From: Candidatus Latescibacterota bacterium
Lineage (GTDB): Bacteria; Latescibacterota; CBDEFO01
Direction of reading: 5' to 3'
DNA: 64,000 bases
Assembly: GCA_965237525.1 (NCBI GenBank)
Contig: CBDEFO010000008.1
Span: 1,807,607 to 1,871,606 of the forward strand
In this document: in pieces, positions 28,701 through 38,457 of the stretch
How positions within the stretch are numbered: position 1 is the stretch's first letter
Layout: the number at the start of each line of letters is the position of its first letter
Made by a program: the position numbers and the translations under genes
Notes under the pieces: model-generated
Told to the model about the DNA's origin: nothing
Seen by the model: the letters and a program-made list of their open reading frames with translations, nothing else
Database searches by the model: none

Positions 28701-30361
28701 AGACCAAGTTGAGGTTCAACCAGGTTCCGATGGATGATGAGGGGATATACGAGGGTGCTCTTATACGGAACAGGACGTGGGGGGGGCTGGAGCAGTCGGC
28801 ATACGACTATGCAAAGTCCGATTTCGAGGACATGGCTGTAGTGGTTCCCAGGAGTTGGTACACCTTTAGGTCCAAGAATTTCATCAAGGTTAAGTGGGAA
28901 GACAAATCGGTGAACGCCTTCGGGGTCTTAGGCGTAACTGCCGACGAGCAGGAGGTGACGGGATTGGACAGGTGTTTACTAGTTGGGAAATGGTTTGATG
29001 AGGACGACAGATATGTCTGCATCATTCCGACGGACATGGCAAGCAAATTGGAGATAGGCTTTGAGGATGTTGGCACGGCAACGGTCAGGCTCTTCGGGGA
29101 GATGTTCACTGTGGTGGGGATTATAGATTCCAGAAAGGCGGAGCACGTAAAGGACCTAGATGGAGAGGTCCTGACCCCGGCGGACTTCAAGGAGACAGGC
29201 GGACAGATGATTCAGATGACGGCTCAAAGGGAGCAGGAGGAAAGACAGGGTTTGACCGACAGACCGCCTGTGATAGAGGCATTTGAGCATCTGAAGATGG
29301 ATAATGTGCTGATCGTCCCATACAGGACCCTGCGGGAAGTCGGAGGTTCGCTCAGGTCTGTGGCTGTGAAGTTCAACGAGGGGGTGGAAGTAGTAGGCCT
29401 GATAGAAAATTTCATCTCCAGGCTGGCTGTGACCCTTTTTGCCGGGATCAAGAACGAGGAGACGGGGCGAATAGATGTCTCCGTTTACAGTTCTCTGGGA
29501 TTGACTACATTCAGGGGGTTGACCAATCTCTTTATCCCGATGTTGATCGCCGCTTTGATAGTCCTAAATACGATGATGGGGGCCGTCCATGAGCGATTCA
29601 GGGAGATAAGTATATATTCTTCCGTAGGGTTGGCCCCTGTGCACATCTCTTTTCTTTTTATCGCAGAGGCGTGCGTCTATGCGGTCTTAGGGGTGGTATC
29701 CGGGTATCTGGTGGGACAGGGTGTGGCAAAGGTGTTGATATTGGGAGGGTGGCTTTCCGGTTTCACGCTGAACTATTCCTCAATGTCGACCGTTATGTCG
29801 GCACTTTTGGTGATGATCGTGGTCATGCTTTCGACTCTGTATCCTGCAAAGAAGGCCGCAAGTATAGCTGTGCCCGACGTGATGAGGAGGTGGAAGATAC
29901 CCGAGCCAGATGGGGACGACTGGACATTCGATTTTCCGTTTACCGTAGGCGGAGCGGATGTACTGGGAATATGCACCTTCTTGATGGACTATTTCGACGC
30001 CTACAGCGAGGAGTCTGTGGGGATATTCTACACTCAAAATGCGAGGCTCTCAGGTCGTGAGACGCCAAAGGGGACAGGTTACAGCATAGATATGGATATA
30101 TGGCTGGCTCCTTACGATCAGGGGGTAAGTCAACACATAGAGTTCAGCGCGAATCCGACAGGCGCGCATAATGTGTATGATATAGAGTTGTACATAAGGC
30201 GGGTCAGCGGTCAGGATGTGTCTTGGAAGAGGGCAAATCAGAGGCTTATGAACGTGATAAGGAAACAGTTCTTAATCTGGAGGACTATCCCTGCTGATGC
30301 AAAGGACGAATACAGACAGAAGGGAGCAAATCTGCTTGAGGAACAGGCTGTTGTGGCATAA
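25718..30361 (+). CDS. 1547-aa multidomain membrane protein: signal peptide, an M28-peptidase-like domain with substituted metal ligands, a large extracytoplasmic region, and a C-terminal FtsX/MacB-like permease module
   Basis: The N-terminal signal peptide is MKAKTLILMSLMFGLYSDTEA. VVGYPGSDTAAVYIQRQFERIGL and PGAEMSSGVVGLLELAR resemble M28 but have AE in place of the canonical DD/DE. Residues about 960-1460 show FtsX hallmarks (RRRKLRTGLTLVTILLLTF... and ISIYSSVGLAPVHISFLFIAEACVYAVLGVVSGYLVG). No ABC ATPase gene is adjacent. Confidence 0.6.
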   Translation: MKAKTLILMSLMFGLYSDTEAAYTPDMDYDDLYESVDEDRIRENVEFLSSLGSRVVGYPGSDTAAVYIQRQFERIGLQDVRSEEYTMVIPVDKGGSLSIIGEDKKIRLYSIWPNLVKTSTLPEGGIRGNLIYGGSGEFSAFNGKDVEGSITLMEFNTWNNWLNAAMLGTQAVIFIEPDETVHLEAEQKFVQVPLSVERFWISKEEGRYLLERLKEADIQVHMEARMDWERRPAWNIMGTIPGYDAVLKDEIIAIQSYYDAMSVVPALAPGAEMSSGVVGLLELARYFREHPSRRTLIFLATSAHHLGLRGISDFLQRHHRREEHYVKMMEEPIDIKLFIGLDLSSRTDELGIWNSSSGFSHKRFFAPFGRTFVNLAERVGKALGLDPKGVLANGISPVTGISWETFIPGGSINVDSEVVFRMGTPSLSFVTINDGRFLADTPFDVPKKMNFSNLATQIRVLAGMFYMAFDDPRLFPDLKERQKDTLKGVLGRVATLTRGSVTPDHPVAGAVAVLRTGGKSQKGVRGTHYEITDADGLFQVNSILVSNLAVEAYYIDPYTGNITYAPNKGGQSKIYGAEFTADWWQTKTVTELFQCVSTDFYDTVDPRYLTKLQEVVVYDESNTAPNDFGYSIGYGPTEPIGVLFTRPGEKVKISMSAGMFGVRYLLTNSTKQVEDTLTVSLDAPVLLRTDDAKIEKGSFKLIDSGGTLLRVGVDYTVDYKHGTITALSSGGGLVDGVDYNISYRIFPQNEEEATGVGFETLDHGALIRTSFLAARDMWNLDEARINELKKYSIENKRLDLLHNTAGMQLDLAQKAMEDKRWDDFIKYTRAAMGIESRAYPDVRDTQNDVVRGIIFSMVLVLPCAYFLERLLFSFATIQGRILGFIGVFIVIWFFMSLVHPAFELSNPFVILLAFVILALAVFVMSMVFSKFDVQMKNLRKEAAIVHDTDVGRMSASMTAFSLGVSNMRRRKLRTGLTLVTILLLTFTVLSFSSIKTKLRFNQVPMDDEGIYEGALIRNRTWGGLEQSAYDYAKSDFEDMAVVVPRSWYTFRSKNFIKVKWEDKSVNAFGVLGVTADEQEVTGLDRCLLVGKWFDEDDRYVCIIPTDMASKLEIGFEDVGTATVRLFGEMFTVVGIIDSRKAEHVKDLDGEVLTPADFKETGGQMIQMTAQREQEERQGLTDRPPVIEAFEHLKMDNVLIVPYRTLREVGGSLRSVAVKFNEGVEVVGLIENFISRLAVTLFAGIKNEETGRIDVSVYSSLGLTTFRGLTNLFIPMLIAALIVLNTMMGAVHERFREISIYSSVGLAPVHISFLFIAEACVYAVLGVVSGYLVGQGVAKVLILGGWLSGFTLNYSSMSTVMSALLVMIVVMLSTLYPAKKAASIAVPDVMRRWKIPEPDGDDWTFDFPFTVGGADVLGICTFLMDYFDAYSEESVGIFYTQNARLSGRETPKGTGYSIDMDIWLAPYDQGVSQHIEFSANPTGAHNVYDIELYIRRVSGQDVSWKRANQRLMNVIRKQFLIWRTIPADAKDEYRQKGANLLEEQAVVA

Positions 30362-30456
30362 AGCAGACAGGGAAAGACAGTAGACGTATGTAGGGGCGAA
30401 CCGGTGCGGCAGTGCGCAGAGAGTGATATGGCAACAAGCCCAAAAGTGGTTCGCCC

Positions 30457-30480
30457 AGATTGTCAGGGCAGACCCGCAGG
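30457..30480 (+). terminator. GC-rich hairpin GGGCAGACC-cgca-GGTCTGCCC followed by a U-rich tract
   Basis: It lies about 100 nt after the stop of the 1547-aa gene. Confidence 0.45.
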
Positions 30481-30649
30481 TCTGCCCCAGTACTTTCTGT
30501 CGCTGGATTTGGGTGACATTTCTTGAAATGGCAGCTATACTTTTCTGCATGGTGGTTCTAACATTCCTGTCTGACATTAGATCAGTCAGAACAGAGGTAC
30601 ATGTCTGTTGGCCCGCTATTTGTGAGGCCAAAATGGAAGGGGCAATTCT

Positions 30650-33301
30650 TTGTTAGGGCGCAAGGGCGGCTCTCAATATGAGGAGATCGAAGAGTACAGG
30701 GATCTTCTGCACCCTCCCGAGCAGTTCGAGGAGGGATTCACCATAAGGACTATTATAGGGGCGCTGTTCATCTCTGTAATTATGGTCCCCGGCAATATGT
30801 ATTTGGACTTGATGATCGGAGGAGGAATAGGTGCTGCGGCTCAGTGGGTGACGATCATCCTCTTTATGGAGATCGCTAAGAGGTCGTTTGTGACGATGAA
30901 AAAGCAGGAGATTTACCTGCTTTTATATGTGTCCAGCGCTTTAGTGGCGGCGGAGACAGGGATGTTTGAAGGTCTTATATGGAGCCAGTATTTCGTGCAA
31001 TCTCCTGCGGCACAACAGTTCGGCATAGCCAAACTTATCCCCCATTGGGTGTCTCCTCAACCTGAATCTGAGGCGATAATAAACAGGACGTTTCTCCATA
31101 AGGATTGGCTGTATGCTATTCTACTTTTGGTTTTAGGTACTGTGTTTGGAAAGTTAGCGTGGTTTACGGGGGGCTATGTGCTCTTTAGAGTTACGTCCGA
31201 TTACGAAAGATTACCCTATCCCTTCGCTCCGATTGCAGCCCACGGGGCGATGGCTCTGGCGGAGGAGAGCAGCGGCCAGGAGACCTGGAGATGGAGACTC
31301 TTTTCGGTCGGAGCCGTAATAGGGATGGTATGGGGCGTCTTATATGTAGGGGTTCCCACTATCACGGGCGCACTGGCGGCCGAGCCTATTCAGCTGATTC
31401 CGATTCCGTTCTGGGATGTCACACAGTACACGGGATATTTTCTCCCTGCGGCGCCTATGGGAATTACGCTCCATCTGGGGCCTATCTTCGCGGGATTGGT
31501 GGCTCCTTACTGGGGTATAATAGGATCGGTCATAGGGGCGGTATTTTATACAGTGGCGAACCCTATTTTGTATCACAACGGCCTTCTGCCAAGCTGGTTT
31601 TTAGGGATGGATACGATCCAGACCCAGATGGTTATTACGATAGATTTTTGGATGAGCTTTTCTATCGGAATAACCTTCACACTTGCGGTTATAGGCTTCT
31701 ACCAGCTATTTGTAGGTGTAAAGGCGAAAAAAGAGGAGGAAGCCGAGTCTCCAAAGCCTAAAAGGACCATAGCGCCGCCCCCGGGGAGAGGAGATTTCAG
31801 GATTTGGGTATGCCTCTTGGTCTTCGGGATAGCCAGCCTTTACGGGATTGTCCTTGCCAAGGTCTTATTTCCGGATCTGGTCAGCGGGTCGCTCCTTATG
31901 TTCTTGATCTTCTTCGGTTTCGTCTATACTCCGGTGATGTCGTGGATAAACGCTCGCCTGATCGGCATGGTGGGCCAGACTGTGTCCTTGCCTTACGTGA
32001 AGGAGACGACCATATTTTTGAGCGGCTTCAGGGGCATAGATATATGGTTCGTGCCATTTCCACTGGGAGATTACGGAGCTCAGGCTAGCAAGTTCAGGGA
32101 GATCGAACTTACGGGATTGAAATTTACAAGCATAGTAAAGGCTGAGATTTTTATGGTGCCTCTTGTGTTCATCATGAGCTTTCTGTACTGGTCTTATATA
32201 TGGAAGTTATCCCCGATCCCCTCAGCGACGTATCCTTACGCTCAGAAGATGTGGCCCTTGAGGGCATTTCAGTCGTGCATATTTCTTACGAGCACTATAA
32301 GGGGTGAAGCTAACGTCAAAGAGGACCAGAAGGACAAGGGTTCGTGGAGCACTCCCAATCTGATTGACGGCTATTGGTGGTTCTGGAGAGTCAGGGCAAC
32401 GTACGACGTGGATGTTGAGGATCCTGACCAAAGAAGATATGGGGAGTGGTCAGAAATTGGCCATTTCTACACGGATTTCGAAGGCCTGGGTCTGCCGTCT
32501 ATTCCGCTTCCGAGGATTCCGGAGAAAGTTCGCGGTGAGGAACCAGAAGAAGGAACGCCTCCTGCGCCTGTGATAGTAAGTCCCCAAGACGGTGTGATGG
32601 TGAACTCGCCGACGGTCAATTTGAACATTCTTCCACCAGAAGGTTATGAAGGAGAGGTGACCTACGACGTTGAAGATTTCGGTCCAGGAATTTCATCCAA
32701 GTTAAAGGGGGTTTTGAAAGGCCGGAACCTGGTGATGGTCTTTGCTTCTTCAGATCCAGAAGAGGAAACTCCTTCAGTTGAATCAGAAGAGCCGCACGAG
32801 AAAGTTCCTCTTGATATACCAGATATGGAGGATCTTATAGCTCAGATGGATGTGGAGTCAAAAGAGCCATTAGTGGTAGAGGGCGGACGACTTATAGCTT
32901 ACCTCCAGTTTGAGGTGGACCAGGTACCGACATTCGATGGCACTGACCATCAGACTTCGGACGACAAACCCCTCTTTTTCAAAGCGATAAAGCCAGAGGT
33001 GATAGGAGTCGGGTTTTTAACCTCGCTATTATCCTTTGTCACACTGTCCGTCTTTGGCCTTCCGATCCTTCTGATCTTCGGCTTTGTGCATGGTATGATT
33101 TCTCTTCCGCATTTCATACTACCGTCAATAATCGGAGCGTTGCTGGCGAAGTACTATTTCTGGCCGAAGTATGGGAAAAAGCAGTGGAGGCTATACGCCA
33201 CTGTGCTGACTGTGGGTTTCGGCGTGGGGATGTCTTTGATGGGTATGGCGTCGGTGGCGATTTCGATAATTCAAAAGTCCGTCACGACGATACTCTTCTA
33301 A
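30650..33301 (+). CDS. 883-aa polytopic membrane protein with a central acidic extracytoplasmic segment (hypothetical)
   Basis: There are at least 12 predicted TM helices. It has a TTG start with a GGAAGGGG ribosome-binding site about 11 nt upstream, and an acidic PEEGTPPAP...EEPHEKVPLD region. Confidence 0.5.
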   Translation: MLGRKGGSQYEEIEEYRDLLHPPEQFEEGFTIRTIIGALFISVIMVPGNMYLDLMIGGGIGAAAQWVTIILFMEIAKRSFVTMKKQEIYLLLYVSSALVAAETGMFEGLIWSQYFVQSPAAQQFGIAKLIPHWVSPQPESEAIINRTFLHKDWLYAILLLVLGTVFGKLAWFTGGYVLFRVTSDYERLPYPFAPIAAHGAMALAEESSGQETWRWRLFSVGAVIGMVWGVLYVGVPTITGALAAEPIQLIPIPFWDVTQYTGYFLPAAPMGITLHLGPIFAGLVAPYWGIIGSVIGAVFYTVANPILYHNGLLPSWFLGMDTIQTQMVITIDFWMSFSIGITFTLAVIGFYQLFVGVKAKKEEEAESPKPKRTIAPPPGRGDFRIWVCLLVFGIASLYGIVLAKVLFPDLVSGSLLMFLIFFGFVYTPVMSWINARLIGMVGQTVSLPYVKETTIFLSGFRGIDIWFVPFPLGDYGAQASKFREIELTGLKFTSIVKAEIFMVPLVFIMSFLYWSYIWKLSPIPSATYPYAQKMWPLRAFQSCIFLTSTIRGEANVKEDQKDKGSWSTPNLIDGYWWFWRVRATYDVDVEDPDQRRYGEWSEIGHFYTDFEGLGLPSIPLPRIPEKVRGEEPEEGTPPAPVIVSPQDGVMVNSPTVNLNILPPEGYEGEVTYDVEDFGPGISSKLKGVLKGRNLVMVFASSDPEEETPSVESEEPHEKVPLDIPDMEDLIAQMDVESKEPLVVEGGRLIAYLQFEVDQVPTFDGTDHQTSDDKPLFFKAIKPEVIGVGFLTSLLSFVTLSVFGLPILLIFGFVHGMISLPHFILPSIIGALLAKYYFWPKYGKKQWRLYATVLTVGFGVGMSLMGMASVAISIIQKSVTTILF

Positions 33302-33316
33302 TACAGCAAAAGGCAG

Positions 33317-33342
33317 TAGGGGCGAGGTTAGCTCGCCCCTAC
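33317..33342 (+). terminator. Intrinsic terminator hairpin GGGGCGAGG-tta-gCTCGCCCC followed by tacattctatttgtt
   Basis: It lies immediately after the stop at 33301. Related hairpins occur at about 9856-9878, 13395-13415 and 1086-1102. Confidence 0.55.
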
Positions 33343-33759
33343 ATTCTATTTGTTGAACATCCAGATGCTCGCCTAACAGCCGGATTTGCGCTCTCCTTTC
33401 GAACTTCAAAGATACTTGCAAAGCCCACTTGCATCTGCGTTTGACGTCCTCTCTGAAGTCCTCATAAGGTCTTACCGGAAGTATTTCTTCGAATTCGACA
33501 TACTGCGCGTGAGGCAATCCTGCCATAAGTACCTGATCCAATTCGTGTGAGAATCTGCGTTTACGACGGTGCTGACGACCCTCTGTCATTAAACCTTGTC
33601 GAGGCCGACTACCTTGCCCGCTCCTTTCGCCTCTGGCATCGCATTAGAACGGACCTTTGAGAATGTGAGCATAATCTTTGTATCTTGTCCAGTAACATCG
33701 TGCTCATCAGGTTTTCAGTCTTTTCCACCAACAATAAACCGGAGCATCATCGTTCACAT

Positions 33760-35040
33760 ATGGATTTAAGGAGAATAATAATAGTTCTGGGTGTTCTGAT
33801 GCAGCTCGGCTTCTCCTATATCGCTCTTGCAGGAGATCTCAGGACTAATATACCCAATTTCTGGGCCGCTATTTTCCCCCTATTTATCGTCTATCTTATC
33901 GCTATATGGGTTGTCAAGCGCAGTGAACATGAGGAGAAAGCTCTCTTTTCTATAGTGATCTTTGCCGTGATTTTCAGACTTACTTTGATCTTTACGACTC
34001 CGTCGCTGTCGGACGATATATACCGATATTTGTGGGACGGAAGGACTCAACTAAACGGGATAAATCCTTATAAATATCCGCCAAGCGCTCAAGAAGTGGC
34101 TCATCTAAGAGATGAGTACTATCCCTATATCAATCAAAAGCATATCTCCACAATATATCCCCCCCTTTCACAGGCACTCTTCCTGCTGTCATATTTTGTA
34201 AGTCCTACGATAACGGGGATGAAGTTTGTATTTGTCCTCTTCGATCTTTTGACAATAGGGATTCTTCTGCTTTTGCTAAGAAGACTCGGACTTAATCTCA
34301 ACTACTCTATCGTCTATGCGTGGAGCCCACTTGTGATAGTGGAGACGGCGTCGAGCGGGCACAATGAGGCATTGGCAGTATTTCTTTTACTTCTTGCTAT
34401 CTATCTTATAGACAAAAAGAGTGATATGTGGTCATTTGGAGTTTTGTCTTTATCCTTTCTGTCCAAGTTTTTAGCTTTCATATTGTTGCCGTTTTTTGTA
34501 GTCAAGGCTAGGAAGAAATGGGCTCTCTTTCTTTTCCCTCTGATGGCTGTGATAGGATATTTGCCTTACGCAGATGCGGGAAAGCGGCTCCTTTACGGAC
34601 TCGGCGTCTACACTTTAAAGTGGAGGTTTAACGATTCCCTCTTTTCGCTCATATATCATTACGCAGGTTCCTTAGATCTGTCGAAACGAATCGCAGCTGG
34701 GGTCTTCATAGTGTACATGGCATATCTGGTGCTAAGGCAGGTCGATCCTATAAAGGCTGGGTTTCATCTTGTGGGGCTCACTCTGGTGTTGACGACTACT
34801 CTTCATCCCTGGTATTTGATCTGGATGGTGCCGTTCTTGTGTTTCTATCACAGCGGGGCGTGGATACTCCTTTCAGGTAGTATTCTTCTATCGTACCAGG
34901 TTCATACTAATTATGCAAACAGGGGCGTCTGGGATACTTCCGACTGGGTCGTATGGGCTGAGTACGTTCCGTTCTACAGTCTGCTTGTATCTTCTATAAT
35001 TAACTCGATATACACAAGATATAAGTACAAGCTAAGGTAA
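33760..35040 (+). CDS. DUF2029-like integral membrane glycosyltransferase (GT87 / mannosyltransferase-like)
   Basis: About 427-aa polytopic protein whose DDIYRYLWDGR loop after TM1-2 is typical of DUF2029/PIG-M-like enzymes. Start assigned at the internal ATG (MDLRRIIIVLG). Confidence 0.45.
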   Translation: MDLRRIIIVLGVLMQLGFSYIALAGDLRTNIPNFWAAIFPLFIVYLIAIWVVKRSEHEEKALFSIVIFAVIFRLTLIFTTPSLSDDIYRYLWDGRTQLNGINPYKYPPSAQEVAHLRDEYYPYINQKHISTIYPPLSQALFLLSYFVSPTITGMKFVFVLFDLLTIGILLLLLRRLGLNLNYSIVYAWSPLVIVETASSGHNEALAVFLLLLAIYLIDKKSDMWSFGVLSLSFLSKFLAFILLPFFVVKARKKWALFLFPLMAVIGYLPYADAGKRLLYGLGVYTLKWRFNDSLFSLIYHYAGSLDLSKRIAAGVFIVYMAYLVLRQVDPIKAGFHLVGLTLVLTTTLHPWYLIWMVPFLCFYHSGAWILLSGSILLSYQVHTNYANRGVWDTSDWVVWAEYVPFYSLLVSSIINSIYTRYKYKLR

Positions 35041-35083
35041 GTGCCTATAGACTGCTATCTGTGAACATAATCTTTTTGTGAAA

Positions 35084-36424
35084 CTAATCTTTTCCTGCTG
35101 CTGAACGAAACCTACCCCAAGCCCAGCTTGGTCGCTTACAGATACCATTCTTAAGCCAATTCCCTGAACAGCTCTTTAAATGATCCATAAAATGTCTCAC
35201 CTCTCCATTATTGTCCGGCCACAAGGGAGTGCGGGGGAAAGACATCAGCAGTTCTGGGCCGTCCTCGGTCACATGACACACATCTCCGAGCGGAACGAAC
35301 ATCTTGCCCGAGTCGGGCAAGGAGAAGATGGCGTGAACGACGGCGGTTGCACCAGCCATGAGGACTGTCTGGTTACCTTCAGTCATGTTCGGAAGTTCAC
35401 TGTAGTCCAATCCGATGCCGTGTCCTATGCGACCTCCTTGGATTTCCCAACCATGTTCTGCCGCCTTTTCTCTGGTCGCCGTGGCGATGTGACCCACCGG
35501 ACAACCAGGTTTCATTACTGCCAGACCTGCTTCCTGGGCCTCTCGCGTAATCTTGCAGATGTGTTCTAACTCTGTACAGGGCCTCTGAAGCGCCCCCGTG
35601 CGTTGGCCGTGACACCAATAGCCCTTGTAAACGACGTAGGAACAGGCCGCCATCAGGTCTCCTTCCTCCAACACGCGCATATGGGGTTTCACTTCAAGCT
35701 TTACATTCGACCAGGCGGGTGGTGGACCTGAAGCCAACCAATACTTGGCGTGATCGGCACCCTCTCTCCGGATTACTCTTTCCATTTCTGCAACTATCTC
35801 AATGCCTCGAAGACCCGGCTCGGCTATCTTGAGCATCGTCTCGAAACCCAGGTCGCTCAGACGTGCTGCATGCCGCATCATTTCGACTTCATCGGGGCTC
35901 TTGGCGTATCGCAGTTCCGCAACAATATCCTTTACGGATTTGAACCTTTCGCCCAGACCTTCGCATAGGTTTTGGTGGAAAAAGAAGGACATGTTTTCAA
36001 TACCAACGACCCCAACATCCCTTCCTCTAAGTCCACAATCTTGAAGAATTGCCAGTGCTTCCTCGGCAAAACTGCCAAGAGCGTCGCCTTTTTTCGGATC
36101 AACAGCGACGGCACTGGGGTCAACAGCTCTCACCAAGCGCACATCGTCGAGCGGCGAGACCTCCAAGGCTAATTCGCGCATGTAGGGCATCCCTGCAAAA
36201 AGCAGGGCTGGAGCACCCTGGAGGGGGACGACAACCGCCGAATCCACAATGCGGTCATGATCCGCCCATCCGGAAAGATAAGACACATGGCCTGTCTGGC
36301 CCCACTTGTGCTCGATTGGCGGAGAATAGACAAATAGAGCACCTATATCTTCTTCCTCTAAGAATTCTTGAATCTTCTGGAATCGAAGTTCATAAGTCTC
36401 ATTTGAAATTATATCAGTCGTCAT
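35084..36424 (-). CDS. M24-family metallopeptidase (Xaa-Pro aminopeptidase / creatinase-like)
   Basis: 446-aa ORF with a creatinase-like N-terminal domain and M24 metal-ligand regions (HGIGL, and an E...E pattern around GRIGHGIGLDYSE). Confidence 0.65.
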   Translation of the reverse strand: MTTDIISNETYELRFQKIQEFLEEEDIGALFVYSPPIEHKWGQTGHVSYLSGWADHDRIVDSAVVVPLQGAPALLFAGMPYMRELALEVSPLDDVRLVRAVDPSAVAVDPKKGDALGSFAEEALAILQDCGLRGRDVGVVGIENMSFFFHQNLCEGLGERFKSVKDIVAELRYAKSPDEVEMMRHAARLSDLGFETMLKIAEPGLRGIEIVAEMERVIRREGADHAKYWLASGPPPAWSNVKLEVKPHMRVLEEGDLMAACSYVVYKGYWCHGQRTGALQRPCTELEHICKITREAQEAGLAVMKPGCPVGHIATATREKAAEHGWEIQGGRIGHGIGLDYSELPNMTEGNQTVLMAGATAVVHAIFSLPDSGKMFVPLGDVCHVTEDGPELLMSFPRTPLWPDNNGEVRHFMDHLKSCSGNWLKNGICKRPSWAWGRFRSAAGKD

Positions 36425-36709
36425 GAAACCTCCTCCTGGCTATTAGTACGTGTTATGTCCCTTTGGCGTCAAATCAAATCTATTCGTTGTGGTCAGGTCA
36501 AACCGTTTTCAGCCAGGTTGTGGCATTTCCCATAATGTGCTCACCGCTTGGAGTTGGATCTTGTCAACTGTCAATCCTTCAAAGTTGATCTTGAGCCGCT
36601 GGTTCTTATGAGCCGTTGCAAGGTGGGTTGTTGGGCATTATAGAGGCCTTTCTCTACTCTACGAACTACCGAAGCCGCAAGCCGGGTATTGGTTAGCGTG
36701 GGGGAGCAA

Positions 36710-37429
36710 TTATTCTTCGAGAATTTCTGAAAGGTTTCTGATGATTCGGTCAGGATGCACTTGGGTCGCATCAGGCAAACCTTTACCCGCAAAGTCCACC
36801 CAAATAGCGAAAATCCCCAGGCGCTGGGGACCCTTCACATCCCAGTCCAGATTATCCCCGATCATCCACGTATCCTCTGGCTCTACGTTGAGTCGATCCA
36901 GACTATGCACGTAAACCCGTTCATCGGGTTTGCCGACACCAAATTCATCTTCGACAAGGATGTAATCGAAGAGATTGGCCAGTCCGAACTTCTCTATCTT
37001 TCTCCGCTGTTCATCGGCGTTTCCATTTGTGATAAGCGCCAAGCGGATACCTTTTTCCCGGAGTCGGTGCAGGGCTTCGATGGCTCCGGGAAATGGCTGG
37101 ACGGTTTCCTCTCTTTTGGAGGTGTACGAGTCTGCTATTTCGTTAGCCAAAGTTCCGTCATTTATCTTCAAACGATGAAAGGCACCAGCGACGATTTCTC
37201 GCCGCGCCATTCCTAAGTTCAGGCGCCCCCTACGATGACGTTCGGGATTCTGCCAGAACCAGGTACGGCTTTGCCTGATGGCTTCGAATAGAGCTTCGGT
37301 CTTAAGTCCTTCTACTCTAAACGCAAATTTCTCACAGATTCTTCGCCAAGTCGGCTCTGCGCACTCGGAGAACGCCAGAATTGTATCGTCCAGATCAAAT
37401 AGAATGGCTTTTGGTAGACTATTTTTCAC
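36710..37429 (-). CDS. HAD-superfamily hydrolase (subfamily IA)
   Basis: Motif I DLDDT is in AILFDLDDTILAF. Motif IV is WMIGDNLDWDVKG. Confidence 0.75.
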   Translation of the reverse strand: MKNSLPKAILFDLDDTILAFSECAEPTWRRICEKFAFRVEGLKTEALFEAIRQSRTWFWQNPERHRRGRLNLGMARREIVAGAFHRLKINDGTLANEIADSYTSKREETVQPFPGAIEALHRLREKGIRLALITNGNADEQRRKIEKFGLANLFDYILVEDEFGVGKPDERVYVHSLDRLNVEPEDTWMIGDNLDWDVKGPQRLGIFAIWVDFAGKGLPDATQVHPDRIIRNLSEILEE

Positions 37430-37713
37430 TTATTATCTCGACTTCAAAGAAATGTCCGAAGGATATCCTGGCTCCACCCATTATATCTAACGTCTTAGTA
37501 TGTGCTAACCCAGTGCTGACTATTGGGCTTAGGAAGGCACGCGCCGTGTTTTTTGTAATCAGAGCAGCCAAATGGGAGCGGACACAGGCCTTTCTGTTCT
37601 TGTGATTGCCTCCATCCCCAAGAAGAAGACAGCTATCCAGATCCCAAAGACTCCATTCCGTTCGAGCCATTCGCGATCTAATGAGTCATTTATATCCCCT
37701 AAACTGGATGATG

Positions 37714-38457
37714 CTATGAGCTTTTATTATTCTTCTCGGCGGCGTATGCATGTCCGGCGAAGATCGCTTTGATCTCTGCCGCCGTTTTAGCATTTTTCAA
37801 TGCATTAATTCGGGGTTCTTCTTCTTCTTTCAGCGCTCGAACATTGGTAAGAACAGCCTCGAGCTTGTCGGCTGGAAACTTGCAGGCGCCATTTTCGTCC
37901 ATGTGGATAATTTCACCGGGAGCAACATCCATGCCTGCCACTGTGACTGGAACATTTACCGCATGGAGGTCCATGTCCCCGTGTCCTGCCGTGACACCGC
38001 TTAGCATATACTGAAACTTCATGGGACGTATTTCATCTATGTCCCTTGAAGGACCGTTGGATATGGCACCAACACAGCCTATGGCTTTCAACGCAGCCGT
38101 CATATTCCCACCAGACAGTCCCACCTTATCTGCGATCTCCGGTGGAAACTTCTGCTGAAAGACCAGAATGGATGGTCTCTTTGATCCTTCCAATGCGTCG
38201 ATCACATCCATAAAGGACAGGCGTGAGTAATTTGGATCGGGCAATCCATTTACACATGTTACGGCATATCCAACTGTTCTACCTAATTCGGGATAAATAC
38301 AGCGGATGGATTGGTCAGTGTACCAGTTCTCGGTCCAGGGATTGTAAAGTCCAAGACAAAGAGGGTTATGGGGATAGGTGGCGACGACGTTGGTTATTGA
38401 CGGTGTATCGTGGTCTCGCAATTCCTCTAACATTTCCTGTTCGGTTAGTTTTGCCAT
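37714..38457 (-). CDS. RraA-like / 4-hydroxy-4-methyl-2-oxoglutarate aldolase family protein
   Basis: It has the RraA family pattern (TAALKAIGCVGAISNGPSRDIDEI ... VAPGEIIHMDENGACKFP). Start taken at MAKLTEQEM. Confidence 0.6.
   Translation of the reverse strand: MAKLTEQEMLEELRDHDTPSITNVVATYPHNPLCLGLYNPWTENWYTDQSIRCIYPELGRTVGYAVTCVNGLPDPNYSRLSFMDVIDALEGSKRPSILVFQQKFPPEIADKVGLSGGNMTAALKAIGCVGAISNGPSRDIDEIRPMKFQYMLSGVTAGHGDMDLHAVNVPVTVAGMDVAPGEIIHMDENGACKFPADKLEAVLTNVRALKEEEEPRINALKNAKTAAEIKAIFAGHAYAAEKNNKSS

Noticed and set aside
33191-33589. 132-aa minus-strand ORF overlapping the 3' end of the 883-aa membrane-protein gene
   Set aside because: It overlaps a well-supported gene by 110 bp, then covers the terminator hairpin and GC-rich intergenic DNA. 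It has no recognisable domain or ribosome-binding site.
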